Positions 1-8,632 of a stretch of DNA of 25,356 bases are shown piece by piece (positions within the stretch are counted from its first letter, which is position 1; every line of letters begins with the position of its first letter). The stretch comes from a virus (lineage: Duplodnaviria; Caudoviricetes). The notes beneath the pieces were generated by a model that had not been told where the DNA came from, made no database searches, and saw nothing but the letters and a program-made list of their open reading frames with translations. Position numbers and translations under genes: made by a program. The DNA lies in IMG/VR virus record IMGVR_UViG_3300046779_001537, positions 1 to 25,356 of that record. One strand, 5' to 3'.

Positions 1-959
1 TTAATTCTAATAGCACCAGGACCGCCGCGTGTGCCGTGATCCCTTACATTTGCGCAGGGACTTGGCGCCATTCCTGGAAAACCAGGAGGATACCATGCTA
101 TACATCCTTGAGCTTCGTAACATCCGCAACTACGACCACCAGTCCAGCACTTACTTTCTGTTGGGATGCCTTGTCCTGGATTACGACCTGCCGCATTCAG
201 CGCATGAATATACTGCATGTGTCCTTGTCCAGACCAGTTGGAAAATTCATTGTCATTTTCTGTTCCGAACTGTAGTGTTGTGCCATCGTCAGCAAAATAT
301 CCAGCTGGGCCGGTTACAAAATATACTTGACTACATACGCAGTTTGGTACACAACCATAAAATCCTGCACAACTAAATTTTCCAAAACAGTTCACATCGC
401 CGCCGTATGCTTGTGCGCAACAGCTGGCTGTTCCTGAACCAAAGTTACAAATAACTCCGCAATTACTATTAATTAATGTTCCGCAGAATCCGCCATTGAT
501 AAAACAGCAGTATAAACTGCTTCCAGTTGAACAATAACTGGTACCACCGCGTCCACCTTGAGCACAAATACATCCGCTACAACCATTTCCGAACCAACAA
601 ACTGCGGTAGGTTCTGAACATCCTCTGAAACATAGTGCATCTGCGTTTCCGCAGGCAAATCCAATACAGCCTGTGATACTACATCCTCTTTGTACGCAAA
701 AACATTTACGTGCATATGCACCTGCATTACCAGGAATTCCACCGCCGCAGCAACACATACGAGCACCACTGCCTCCAGCGCCCCATACTTCTAACACGAC
801 ACAACCGCAGCATGGTGCTGTCCAACACATGCAACAGTATTGTTTGGTTCTTACATTTGGTTCTGAAAACATCCAAATTCTACCTTTTTCAAGGTTTTCT
901 TCTTCGTAAAAAGCTGGAAGATTTTTAGAAGTTACTAATGATCGAAATGATGTAGGCAT
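1..959 (-). CDS. Cys/Gly-rich putative virion (fibre-tip) protein, paralog of 963..2189; 3' end runs off the window; not in the ORF track
   Basis: Manual translation from ATG at 959 gives 319 open codons: MPTSFRSLVTSKNLPAFYEEENLEKGRIW...VLEVWGAGGSGARMCCCGGGIPGNAGAYARK...NEFSNWSGQGH...VRDHGTRGGPGAIRI. It is collinear with 963..2189 (WGAGGSGARMCCCG, CAQGGRGG, GPAG.FA.DG, NEFSN.SGQGH). I count 38 Cys. The paralog ends ...AVRIKFIAS, so probably only a few codons are missing. Confidence 0.9.
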   Translation of the reverse strand, partial: MPTSFRSLVTSKNLPAFYEEENLEKGRIWMFSEPNVRTKQYCCMCWTAPCCGCVVLEVWGAGGSGARMCCCGGGIPGNAGAYARKCFCVQRGCSITGCIGFACGNADALCFRGCSEPTAVCWFGNGCSGCICAQGGRGGTSYCSTGSSLYCCFINGGFCGTLINSNCGVICNFGSGTASCCAQAYGGDVNCFGKFSCAGFYGCVPNCVCSQVYFVTGPAGYFADDGTTLQFGTENDNEFSNWSGQGHMQYIHALNAAGRNPGQGIPTESKCWTGGRSCGCYEAQGCIAWYPPGFPGMAPSPCANVRDHGTRGGPGAIRI

Positions 960-962
960 TAA

Positions 963-2189
963 TTAACTCGCAATAAACTTAATTCTAACTGCGGCATTAC
1001 CACCTTTACCGCCTTGATCTCTTACACCAGCCTCAAACACAGCATTGTGTCCGCCGTGGCCAGGTGGAACATAAGCATAACAACCCCAGTCTTCATAACA
1101 GCCGCAACCGCCACCAAATCCCCAGCAATACGCCCAAGGAATACCTTGACTTGGATTTCTACTTACAGCACTGACCATGAAGTTGTGTTGATGATGGCCT
1201 TGGCCGCTGTAGTTACTAAATTCGTTATTGTATTCATGTGAAACTTCTAAAACTACACCATCTCGTGCAAACATTCCAGCAGGACCAGGAATATAAGATG
1301 TAATACAGCAAGCATTGTTAGGGTTACATGCCATAAATGCTACACAGCTAAAGTGTCCGCAGCAGTTAATGTCACCTCCGAAGCCTCTAGCGATATGAGG
1401 CACAGGACCAGTTCTAAAGTTGCCGCCGCACATTTCAGCAACACAGCAAGGCGCACCGTAACAGTTAGCATAACAACATTCTGGATAAATTCTTGCATAA
1501 CATCCGCACATCAAAACGCAGTGCGAATTCTGTACATTACAGATCAATCCGCAGTTTTCATTATTAAACTTAGTTCCGCAGAACCATTGGCAAGTAAAAC
1601 AGCACCAAGCACTTTCGCTGGTGCTACACATACTTACGCCGCCGCGGCCGCCTTGAGCACATAAACAGCCGTCAAATTGACGATGACATTGATATCTAAA
1701 ATCACATCCGCTACAAGCTTGTCCCATGCCTCCTGCACCAAAATTTGTAGTATCAATAGCCTCTGGAAATGAATTTATATTATTTGTATTTTGAGCACCG
1801 CAAAATCCTACAGCATAACAAACTTGAGATGGACCTGAGCAGCCTCTAAAACATAAATTACTTTCACGACATGCATGATGTGCTACACCGCAGACAAAAG
1901 TACAACAAGTTTGTTTAGCACTGATACAGAATGACTTTCTTACATATGCGCCAGCATTACCTGGTAATCCAAATCCGCAGCAGCACATACGAGCACCGCT
2001 GCCGCCAGCGCCCCACATATCAATAACTACAATACCTGCTCTGCCTGCTGGCGGGCACCAACAGAAACAGTTTGGTACTTGATTGGTATTAGGTTGGTAC
2101 GCCCAAATCTGACCTTTTTCTAAGTGAAATTCACTTGGATTTAATGATTCGGCTTTTGTTCCAACTAAATTTTTAAGTGATGTAGGCAT
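963..2189 (-). CDS. Cys/Gly-rich putative virion protein (WGAGG...GG.G.VRI glycine-rich phage fibre-type domain)
   Basis: 408-aa ORF with an AGGA SD upstream and 46 Cys counted. It has the 'IDMWGAGGSG...GNAGAY.RK' N-terminal and 'GGKGGNAAVRI' C-terminal pattern typical of glycine-rich phage fibre domains. Function is inferred. Confidence 0.75.
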   Translation of the reverse strand: MPTSLKNLVGTKAESLNPSEFHLEKGQIWAYQPNTNQVPNCFCWCPPAGRAGIVVIDMWGAGGSGARMCCCGFGLPGNAGAYVRKSFCISAKQTCCTFVCGVAHHACRESNLCFRGCSGPSQVCYAVGFCGAQNTNNINSFPEAIDTTNFGAGGMGQACSGCDFRYQCHRQFDGCLCAQGGRGGVSMCSTSESAWCCFTCQWFCGTKFNNENCGLICNVQNSHCVLMCGCYARIYPECCYANCYGAPCCVAEMCGGNFRTGPVPHIARGFGGDINCCGHFSCVAFMACNPNNACCITSYIPGPAGMFARDGVVLEVSHEYNNEFSNYSGQGHHQHNFMVSAVSRNPSQGIPWAYCWGFGGGCGCYEDWGCYAYVPPGHGGHNAVFEAGVRDQGGKGGNAAVRIKFIAS

Positions 2190-2206
2190 CTATTCTATCC
2201 TGATTA

Positions 2207-2539
2207 TTATGCAGATGCAACGATCCAACCGTATGTAGCACCACTATAAATTAATGTAACAATCGCACCGTTCGTATCGATAGTCAAATCGTCTGCGACG
2301 TTTTGAATTTTTGCTCCATTACGTGCCACAGTAATATTATTTGTAGCCGACGTAGCGCCAATATCGATAATTTGAATAGTATCGTTTACTAATAAAGAGC
2401 CGCTTGACGGCAGTGTAATTGTAAACGCACCACCTGCTGTGTTTGCAAGTATTCTATCGTTGACTTGAGCAGAATAAGTTGTCGAAACTTCACGAAATGT
2501 TGCTGCTGCTGTCCCAGTTGTTGTGATATATCTTCCCAT
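2207..2539 (-). CDS. Small beta-rich virion protein, tail-fibre-associated domain
   Basis: 110 aa with an AGGGG SD. The motif ANTAGGAFTITLP...DTIQIID...TNNITVARNG.KI....DLTID resembles, from recall, a domain repeated in T4-like proximal tail fibre (gp34-type) proteins. Not verified by search. Confidence 0.6.
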   Translation of the reverse strand: MGRYITTTGTAAATFREVSTTYSAQVNDRILANTAGGAFTITLPSSGSLLVNDTIQIIDIGATSATNNITVARNGAKIQNVADDLTIDTNGAIVTLIYSGATYGWIVASA

Positions 2540-2558
2540 TGATTTCCCCTACTTCTTA

Positions 2559-2566
2559 TATTTATG
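2559..2566 (-). promoter_or_regulatory. T4-type late promoter-like motif CATAAATA
   Basis: 7/8 match to TATAAATA, overlapping the TAA stop of 2562..2882 and about 20 nt upstream of the 2539 ATG. Confidence 0.55.
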
Positions 2567-2882
2567 CTGTTGAAGTTTCTATACCGTAGACCACCGCATT
2601 TACATTAGGTGATGATGACCAAACCACTACGTTTCTGTTTGCTTCTAAAATTAATCCTGTGCGCTCTAATACACCTTTAGCTGGTAGTTCTGTATCATAT
2701 TCAATATACTCAGCAGCGGTTGGTGTTGCTGTTGCTGATAATCCGAGTCTGATATTCACAGGCTGATTTCCTCTATTGCAAATTGAAATCGTTGCCTGTG
2801 CAAAATACCCAGCAGGCACAGTATATGCTGTTGTTAATGTCGCAGCTGAAAGGTCATTTGCGCCTAATCTTCCTGATGCCAT
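2562..2882 (-). CDS. ~110-aa small beta-sandwich-like virion protein (family copy 3)
   Basis: 106 aa with an AAGGA SD. It shares the pattern with 12721..13050 and 20139..20471: hydrophobic strand + (C/A)N, then [LIV]P, then IL[E/D/A], then a terminal hydrophobic strand. Confidence 0.75.
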   Translation of the reverse strand: MASGRLGANDLSAATLTTAYTVPAGYFAQATISICNRGNQPVNIRLGLSATATPTAAEYIEYDTELPAKGVLERTGLILEANRNVVVWSSSPNVNAVVYGIETSTA

Positions 2883-2895
2883 TTATTTTCCTTTG

Positions 2896-5800
2896 TTAAC
2901 GGAAGAGATTATGCACAAGTGCATAACCATCCAGTCCTTCGTTGAAATTCATCGTAGTATTTATGTTAATTTGAGCGCCTGTAGTTGTAGTGATTGTGTC
3001 ACCTGCAATATACACAATACCTGCGGTCAGACTATTTACATTTAGACTACTTGATCCACTACCAATTTGAGCACTAATATAAGCTTTAATTGCCCTCTGA
3101 GTTGGTACTAAACTATCTGAATCTGCTGTAAAGAACGGATCTGTACTAAACTCACTAATTGTTGCACCAGTTCCTCCTAATGCAACACTACCTAATTGTA
3201 GTTCTTGTAGTCCGGCAATACTAAATGCATCAGCATTTAAACTGGCAATACCTGTGCTTTGCTCAACACTGAAAATATCACCAACTCTAAAGTTACCGTC
3301 TTGGTCAGTTGATGTATAGAAAACTCGACCTCCTCCAAACTCGTTAGTTTCTTTGGTAGGGTCTGGATCAATTAGTGGTAATCCTGGATAATTTGTATTA
3401 GTAAAATTACCAGTACCAATATCTAAGAAATCGTGTCCAGTTAAACGTACCTGACTATAACGAATTCTAATAGTAATATCTGTTTCGTGATCTGGGCTTT
3501 CTGCTGCACCTAATCCTGGACTAAGTTGGAGTATAGCAGTATATCTATCTCCTTGTGCTAATAAATTAGTCACATTTACCAGTTTATAGTAAACATCGTT
3601 GATGCCACTAAATTGTACATTTGATCCGGCTCTTGGTACAGCAGTTAGATTCTTAACAGCAATAAATGTACCTGTTTGATACGTATCAATGGTACCATTT
3701 CCTGTTACGGTAGCTGTTGCAGTTTCATAACCAGTTCCTCTATTTGAGAAATTTGGTTGTGCTAATATACCAGATCCGCTTCTGACTTCTGTAACTGCTT
3801 CGGCAGTGTTATTAGGATCTACGATTGTTATTGCAGGAGTACTTGAATAACCTGAGCCAGGCTCAATAATTCTAATACCGGTAATTTTTTCATCAGCTAC
3901 GATAGAACGAGCATAAGTTGTGCAACCAGTTGCGACACTGCTGGCCACTGTGCCTGCTGCACCACGTTGTACAGCGGACCATACTGGTGTCCTACTGCTG
4001 TTTCCAAATGCAATAGAACTGTAACCATTAGCACTGACACTCATGGTTCTACTGGTCCAGTTAATACCATCTTCAGATGTAGCAGCATCAGTTGATTGGC
4101 TGACTGCAAAGAACAAACCTTGTCCATAGGCTACTTTGGTATAAGTGGCACTTGGTACTGTCATTGTACTCCAAGTAGTACCATTTAAACTATAAACTGC
4201 TGTGGTTAATGTTCCGCTGGCAGGAAATGCCACAAACATATTTCTACCGAAAGCAACACTTCCCCAATCTCCGCTGGTAATTGTTCTTGAAGTCCAGCTG
4301 GTTCCGTTAGTTGAACTGGCTGCTGTAGTTCCACTGGCTGCGACAGCTACCCATACACCATTACCATACACTACACTGTTCCATGTAGCACTTGGTAGAG
4401 ATGACATAGCCACCCACGATACGCCATCGGTAGTGCTATATGCTGCTGTAGTTGTAGTTCCTATCATGACCCAACGGCCATTACCATAGGCAATATTTGT
4501 ATATGTACCAGCTGGTGCTGATCCTCCTGCCGACCAAGTTGCACCGCCGTCGCTGCTGATAGAAGTAGTTCCTGTAGAAGAAATTGCTATCCATTTTCCA
4601 TTACCATAAGCCACTTTAATTGCTGTAACACCGACTGTGCCGCCTGCGGACCAAGTAATTCCGTCTACTGAGTAACTGCTTGTTGTACCTGCAACTGCTA
4701 CAAATACGCCTCCTGCTGCAACTCCTGATGTATCAAATGTGTTGACACCACCGCCGACAACTTTTGTCACTTTTAGTGTAATGTTGTTTGTCGGTGAAGC
4801 GCCGCCCACATTGGTTCCGGCGATAGTCAATGTATCATCAATCTTGTATCCTGAACCTGGAGTAGTGCAGGTTACAGTAGTGTAATAACTTCCTGTTTTA
4901 ACCACTGTAAATTGAGCACCTGCGCCGCTGCCTCCAGATGCTGCTACAGTGGTGTAGGTAGCATTTAAATCTCCGAACACATTATCTACCCAAGCAGCGT
5001 TTTGAATTGTTCTCGCCGTTGAAGTAAATCCAGGACTGGTAAATGTTAACCTTGGTTCAATAGTATAAGACGTTGTAACATCTAAATTAGTGGCAATTGT
5101 GGTTCCAGGAATTACATGATCCCAACCTGATGTACCAGTAGATTCTTTATAAATTGTAGCAACTTTACTACCACTATTATATGATTGAATATATCCGTAC
5201 TGTCCTATACCAGAACCAGCAGTGATAATAATTCGCATTCCTACATAAGCACTACTAATTTCTGTATCAGTAGCAGCTAATGTAATACTGGTTGTGTTTC
5301 CTGTTTGTGCAGAATTAGATGCAGTTAAATATCCTGCTCCGCCTGTGCCGCTGGAATCTCCAAAGTCTTTTAGTCTAACGTTATAAACACCGTTATCTCT
5401 GGTTTCTATTGTTGCAGCAGCATTTGCGCCCGGACCGTTAAATGTATATGATGCAGTACTATAGTTGATACCAGCATTTGCATATTCTAATCTATAAATT
5501 TGATTCACAGTGTCGGTAAACACAAAGTCAATTGAAGATTCTACACTTCTGTTATCTACTTTTCCAAGTACTGGAGTTTCTGTAGCGTCGACTCCTTCGC
5601 TTACACAACCATATGTTCCGTATGAGCTGTTACCGTTAGTAGCACGAATTTTTCCGCCATTTTCTGCCAGATATCCGATATGTCCGTAATAGGAGAACAC
5701 ACTAACAAGTTCTGCACGACCCAAGTTAGTGACCCAAGCGCCAATTCCGTCGCTTAACACCTGTGTAAAGTCGTTGGCAACGATAGAATCGTTACCTCCG

Positions 5801-8565
5801 TTATGTATGTTTCCGTCAACTTTCAATCCGATACAGGCAGTACCAAATGTAGTAACGTTTTGAACATAAGGACTTCTTGTAGTAATCCATGCACGCTCGT
5901 CGTCTGGTCCCCATCCTGGATCTAAACTTGTGTATGCACCCGCAGTTGGACGACGTGATCCATAGGCATTAGGCGCACTAAGTGTTCCTGTTAGTCCTGC
6001 AATTGTACAATTTCTTAAACCTGTTCCAGCACGTAGATAGAACATATCTTTATCTATAGAACCATTTACTGCGTTTACATATAGTTTTGCTGCGGTTAAT
6101 GTTTTATAATTACTGTTATAAATTAAATCCCATTTAATTGCATCTACGTATTCTCTAACATCTCTCTTGCAGGCAGCAGTGTCATAAACATAAGCTGGAT
6201 AAGTAGTGTTGATATACCCAACTGCTTCATCTGCTAAAAATTCTTTATTTTCTTCAAGAACATTTACAGCATTATAATAGTTTTCATCAGTAGACCAGTA
6301 GTTAGTTCCGGTCATAGCTGGTGCAGATCCAGAACTGTTTACATAATAATCAATATAGTTCTTAGCCTGTGTTAGTAATGTGGCTGCGGTAGTAGCAGCG
6401 CCGGCTGATCCTGCTGGTCTGGATGTCACTTGACTTACTGTTCCATAAGTGACAAAAGAAGTATTATTCTGAACTACATTATCTATAATTGAAGCCAAGT
6501 GTGTTAATGCAGCCATACTTTTTGCCACGTCTGCAATCGCTATTAAACTCGCAGCAGGTTCAATTCTTGTGCTACGCAATTCATCACCAACAACTGCTGT
6601 ATTTGCAGGAACCACAATTGGCAATACTTCGTAGAATGTACCGGTCTTAACACTGATTGTATAATTTACTCTTGTTTCGGCAAACACAGACGAGCTGTCG
6701 TCTGCACTGTTAATAGCATCAGTTAGAGCACTTACCAACGAAGCAACAATAGTCGATGAATCAGATTCAGGATCTTTACTGGAATCTGTAACTCTTGTAA
6801 CTGTTCCCTGATATGGAGTAATACTGTTTTCTGCAATAATATCTTGCATTAAGGTTAGTGCAAAGTTTACTGCGGCAATAGTTTCTTCTTTTTGTCCAGC
6901 AATATAAAATGCAGCAGCTTCTGCTCCGTAACTAATAGCAGCTTGTCTTGTTTTTGTATTTCCGCCGTGACTTAAATCGTAGGTAATGGCATCAACAATG
7001 AATCCAATATCTCTTTCACACTTAGCAGAGTTATAAGTAAAACTTCCTGTAAATGGAGCAAATGGCCCTGCTATTTGTGCTGCTATCCAGGCAGTAACTT
7101 CTTTTTGTATAAATTGTCTATTACGTTGTATTAAATTAGTGGCATCAGGATATAACATACCTTTTTCAATCTGCTGTGCAGCATATTGTATTGTTGCAAA
7201 AGGTCTATCAATTGAAGCTCCGTATAGTGGCCAAGGTGAATCTGTTCCGGAAGGAGCTACATATACTATTTGATTTATTACACCCCAGTATCCCCAACTT
7301 GGAGATTCTACAGTATTAACTTTTAGGATCTCGCCTGCTCTACCAATTGGTAGTCTTGTTGGTCCTGCACCGCCATAATAAACTAAATCGCCTTGCGTAG
7401 TCAGAACGCTAAGTTCTGAACCCGCTGTAAATACATTCCAATATGTACCTAATATATCATTATCTGGTCTATTTAATATTGCAGAAGTATGTGCCAGAAT
7501 ACAGATATAACTATTTGGTCCGTACTTAACTAGGTCGCCTAATACATAATTCTTATTTCCGTCCCATGCACCTCTCCAAGCAGTTCCCGAGTTTAACTGA
7601 GCCCAATAAGTGGCATTAGGAGGCAGGTTTGCACCAGATGCTTCATGATCCTGTACACACAAATAAGTATAACCGCTGAATCTAACAACACTACCTACAC
7701 GATAGAAATTAGGAGTTCCCCAAGATCCTTGATATTTAAATCCTGTGATGTATAAATCCCAATCGTCGCTATTACTTGTAGGTACTTGATTAGTATGATT
7801 TGTTTTACTTATGTAAACATAACCGCCATATGCAACTGTGTCACCTGGTTGATAAACTGAAGAACTATTCCAAGTATCATTGAACTCAAGTCCTTCTACA
7901 AATTGCTCCCAATTTGATTCTGCAAAGGTTGCACTAGAAGTATGATATGTGGTACAGATCCATAAGCCGGCTCCATATTTTACAACATCGTTTACTTTAT
8001 ATCTAACAGATGAAGGACTCCAGGTACCTAAATAATCTATACCTTCGTGTAAATAATCCCACTTTGCTTGATCAGCTTCAAGACCTGATGTTGCTGTGGC
8101 TGCAGAAGTATGATGCAGATTACAGATATAAGTTGTGCCACCGTACTTGACGATATCATTAACTTTATATCTTGTATTAGTAGTCCAATTTGTTTTCCAG
8201 TCAAAACTTTCTGCAAAAAGATCCCATTTTAGCTGATCTATTTCTAAGCCTGAACTGGCAGTACCTGCACTGGTATGACTGTCATTACAAATGTAAAGAT
8301 ATCCGCCATATTTGACAATGTCGTTGACTTTATAAAATGTGCTGGTCAGCCAATCGCCCTTCCACTCTTGACCATCGGACATTTGATTCCATCTGGTAGG
8401 AATATTATCTAAATCTGTGTAGAAATCAGCTGCGGAGGTATGCCCTATAATACACACATAGGTTTTTCCGCCGTTTCTTACAATGTCGTCTTTAATATAA
8501 GTTGTAGTAGGAGCCCATGCTCCTTTCCAAACAAATCTAATCCTACCTAGATTAAACTCAGCCAT
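2896..8565 (-). CDS. Large multidomain virion structural protein: 7 CBM5/12-like repeats, beta-helix-like core, two helical inserts, Asp-box beta-propeller
   Basis: 1889-aa ORF with a GGAG SD. It has W...Y...D.V.YGG..Y.C...HTS repeats, a YVAPSGTD...PFATIQYA...KTGTFYE..P motif, TTRSPYVQNVTT and S.DG..W repeats. Paralog of 8633..12325. Confidence 0.8.
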   Translation of the reverse strand: MAEFNLGRIRFVWKGAWAPTTTYIKDDIVRNGGKTYVCIIGHTSAADFYTDLDNIPTRWNQMSDGQEWKGDWLTSTFYKVNDIVKYGGYLYICNDSHTSAGTASSGLEIDQLKWDLFAESFDWKTNWTTNTRYKVNDIVKYGGTTYICNLHHTSAATATSGLEADQAKWDYLHEGIDYLGTWSPSSVRYKVNDVVKYGAGLWICTTYHTSSATFAESNWEQFVEGLEFNDTWNSSSVYQPGDTVAYGGYVYISKTNHTNQVPTSNSDDWDLYITGFKYQGSWGTPNFYRVGSVVRFSGYTYLCVQDHEASGANLPPNATYWAQLNSGTAWRGAWDGNKNYVLGDLVKYGPNSYICILAHTSAILNRPDNDILGTYWNVFTAGSELSVLTTQGDLVYYGGAGPTRLPIGRAGEILKVNTVESPSWGYWGVINQIVYVAPSGTDSPWPLYGASIDRPFATIQYAAQQIEKGMLYPDATNLIQRNRQFIQKEVTAWIAAQIAGPFAPFTGSFTYNSAKCERDIGFIVDAITYDLSHGGNTKTRQAAISYGAEAAAFYIAGQKEETIAAVNFALTLMQDIIAENSITPYQGTVTRVTDSSKDPESDSSTIVASLVSALTDAINSADDSSSVFAETRVNYTISVKTGTFYEVLPIVVPANTAVVGDELRSTRIEPAASLIAIADVAKSMAALTHLASIIDNVVQNNTSFVTYGTVSQVTSRPAGSAGAATTAATLLTQAKNYIDYYVNSSGSAPAMTGTNYWSTDENYYNAVNVLEENKEFLADEAVGYINTTYPAYVYDTAACKRDVREYVDAIKWDLIYNSNYKTLTAAKLYVNAVNGSIDKDMFYLRAGTGLRNCTIAGLTGTLSAPNAYGSRRPTAGAYTSLDPGWGPDDERAWITTRSPYVQNVTTFGTACIGLKVDGNIHNGGNDSIVANDFTQVLSDGIGAWVTNLGRAELVSVFSYYGHIGYLAENGGKIRATNGNSSYGTYGCVSEGVDATETPVLGKVDNRSVESSIDFVFTDTVNQIYRLEYANAGINYSTASYTFNGPGANAAATIETRDNGVYNVRLKDFGDSSGTGGAGYLTASNSAQTGNTTSITLAATDTEISSAYVGMRIIITAGSGIGQYGYIQSYNSGSKVATIYKESTGTSGWDHVIPGTTIATNLDVTTSYTIEPRLTFTSPGFTSTARTIQNAAWVDNVFGDLNATYTTVAASGGSGAGAQFTVVKTGSYYTTVTCTTPGSGYKIDDTLTIAGTNVGGASPTNNITLKVTKVVGGGVNTFDTSGVAAGGVFVAVAGTTSSYSVDGITWSAGGTVGVTAIKVAYGNGKWIAISSTGTTSISSDGGATWSAGGSAPAGTYTNIAYGNGRWVMIGTTTTAAYSTTDGVSWVAMSSLPSATWNSVVYGNGVWVAVAASGTTAASSTNGTSWTSRTITSGDWGSVAFGRNMFVAFPASGTLTTAVYSLNGTTWSTMTVPSATYTKVAYGQGLFFAVSQSTDAATSEDGINWTSRTMSVSANGYSSIAFGNSSRTPVWSAVQRGAAGTVASSVATGCTTYARSIVADEKITGIRIIEPGSGYSSTPAITIVDPNNTAEAVTEVRSGSGILAQPNFSNRGTGYETATATVTGNGTIDTYQTGTFIAVKNLTAVPRAGSNVQFSGINDVYYKLVNVTNLLAQGDRYTAILQLSPGLGAAESPDHETDITIRIRYSQVRLTGHDFLDIGTGNFTNTNYPGLPLIDPDPTKETNEFGGGRVFYTSTDQDGNFRVGDIFSVEQSTGIASLNADAFSIAGLQELQLGSVALGGTGATISEFSTDPFFTADSDSLVPTQRAIKAYISAQIGSGSSSLNVNSLTAGIVYIAGDTITTTTGAQININTTMNFNEGLDGYALVHNLFR
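3970..4715 (-). repeat. Asp-box/BNR-like protein repeats (beta-propeller)
   Basis: Six S-x-[DN]-G-x-x-W units (SVDGITW, SSDGGATW, TTDGVSW, STNGTSW, SLNGTTW, SEDGINW) alternate with VAYGNG-like motifs at ~40-aa spacing. Boundaries are approximate. Confidence 0.75.
7483..8529 (-). repeat. Seven tandem CBM5/12 (chitin-binding type 3)-like protein repeats
   Basis: Seven units with consensus W-x4/5-Y-x3-D-x-V-x-Y-G-G-x2-Y-x-C-x3-H-T-S counted in the translation. Confidence 0.75.
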
Positions 8566-8592
8566 TTACTGCTCCAAAATTATATGATACTG

Positions 8593-8600
8593 TATTTATG
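8593..8600 (-). promoter_or_regulatory. T4-type late promoter-like motif CATAAATA
   Basis: Intergenic, about 28 nt upstream of the 8565 ATG, preceded by an A-tract. Confidence 0.65.
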
Positions 8601-8632
8601 TTTTTTTTGGTTATGTTATTTTTGCTCATTTT

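Noticed and set aside
1-2189. Possible diversity-generating retroelement TR/VR pair between the Cys-rich paralogs
   Set aside because: Both copies are full ORFs. Differences in the best-matching stretch are ordinary synonymous changes, not adenine-specific, and no reverse transcriptase is present in the window.
2958-2965. CATAAATA inside the 3' end of the 1889-aa gene
   Set aside because: It is explained by the codons for N-I-N-T and lies farther from the next ATG than most intergenic copies. It cannot be distinguished from chance.
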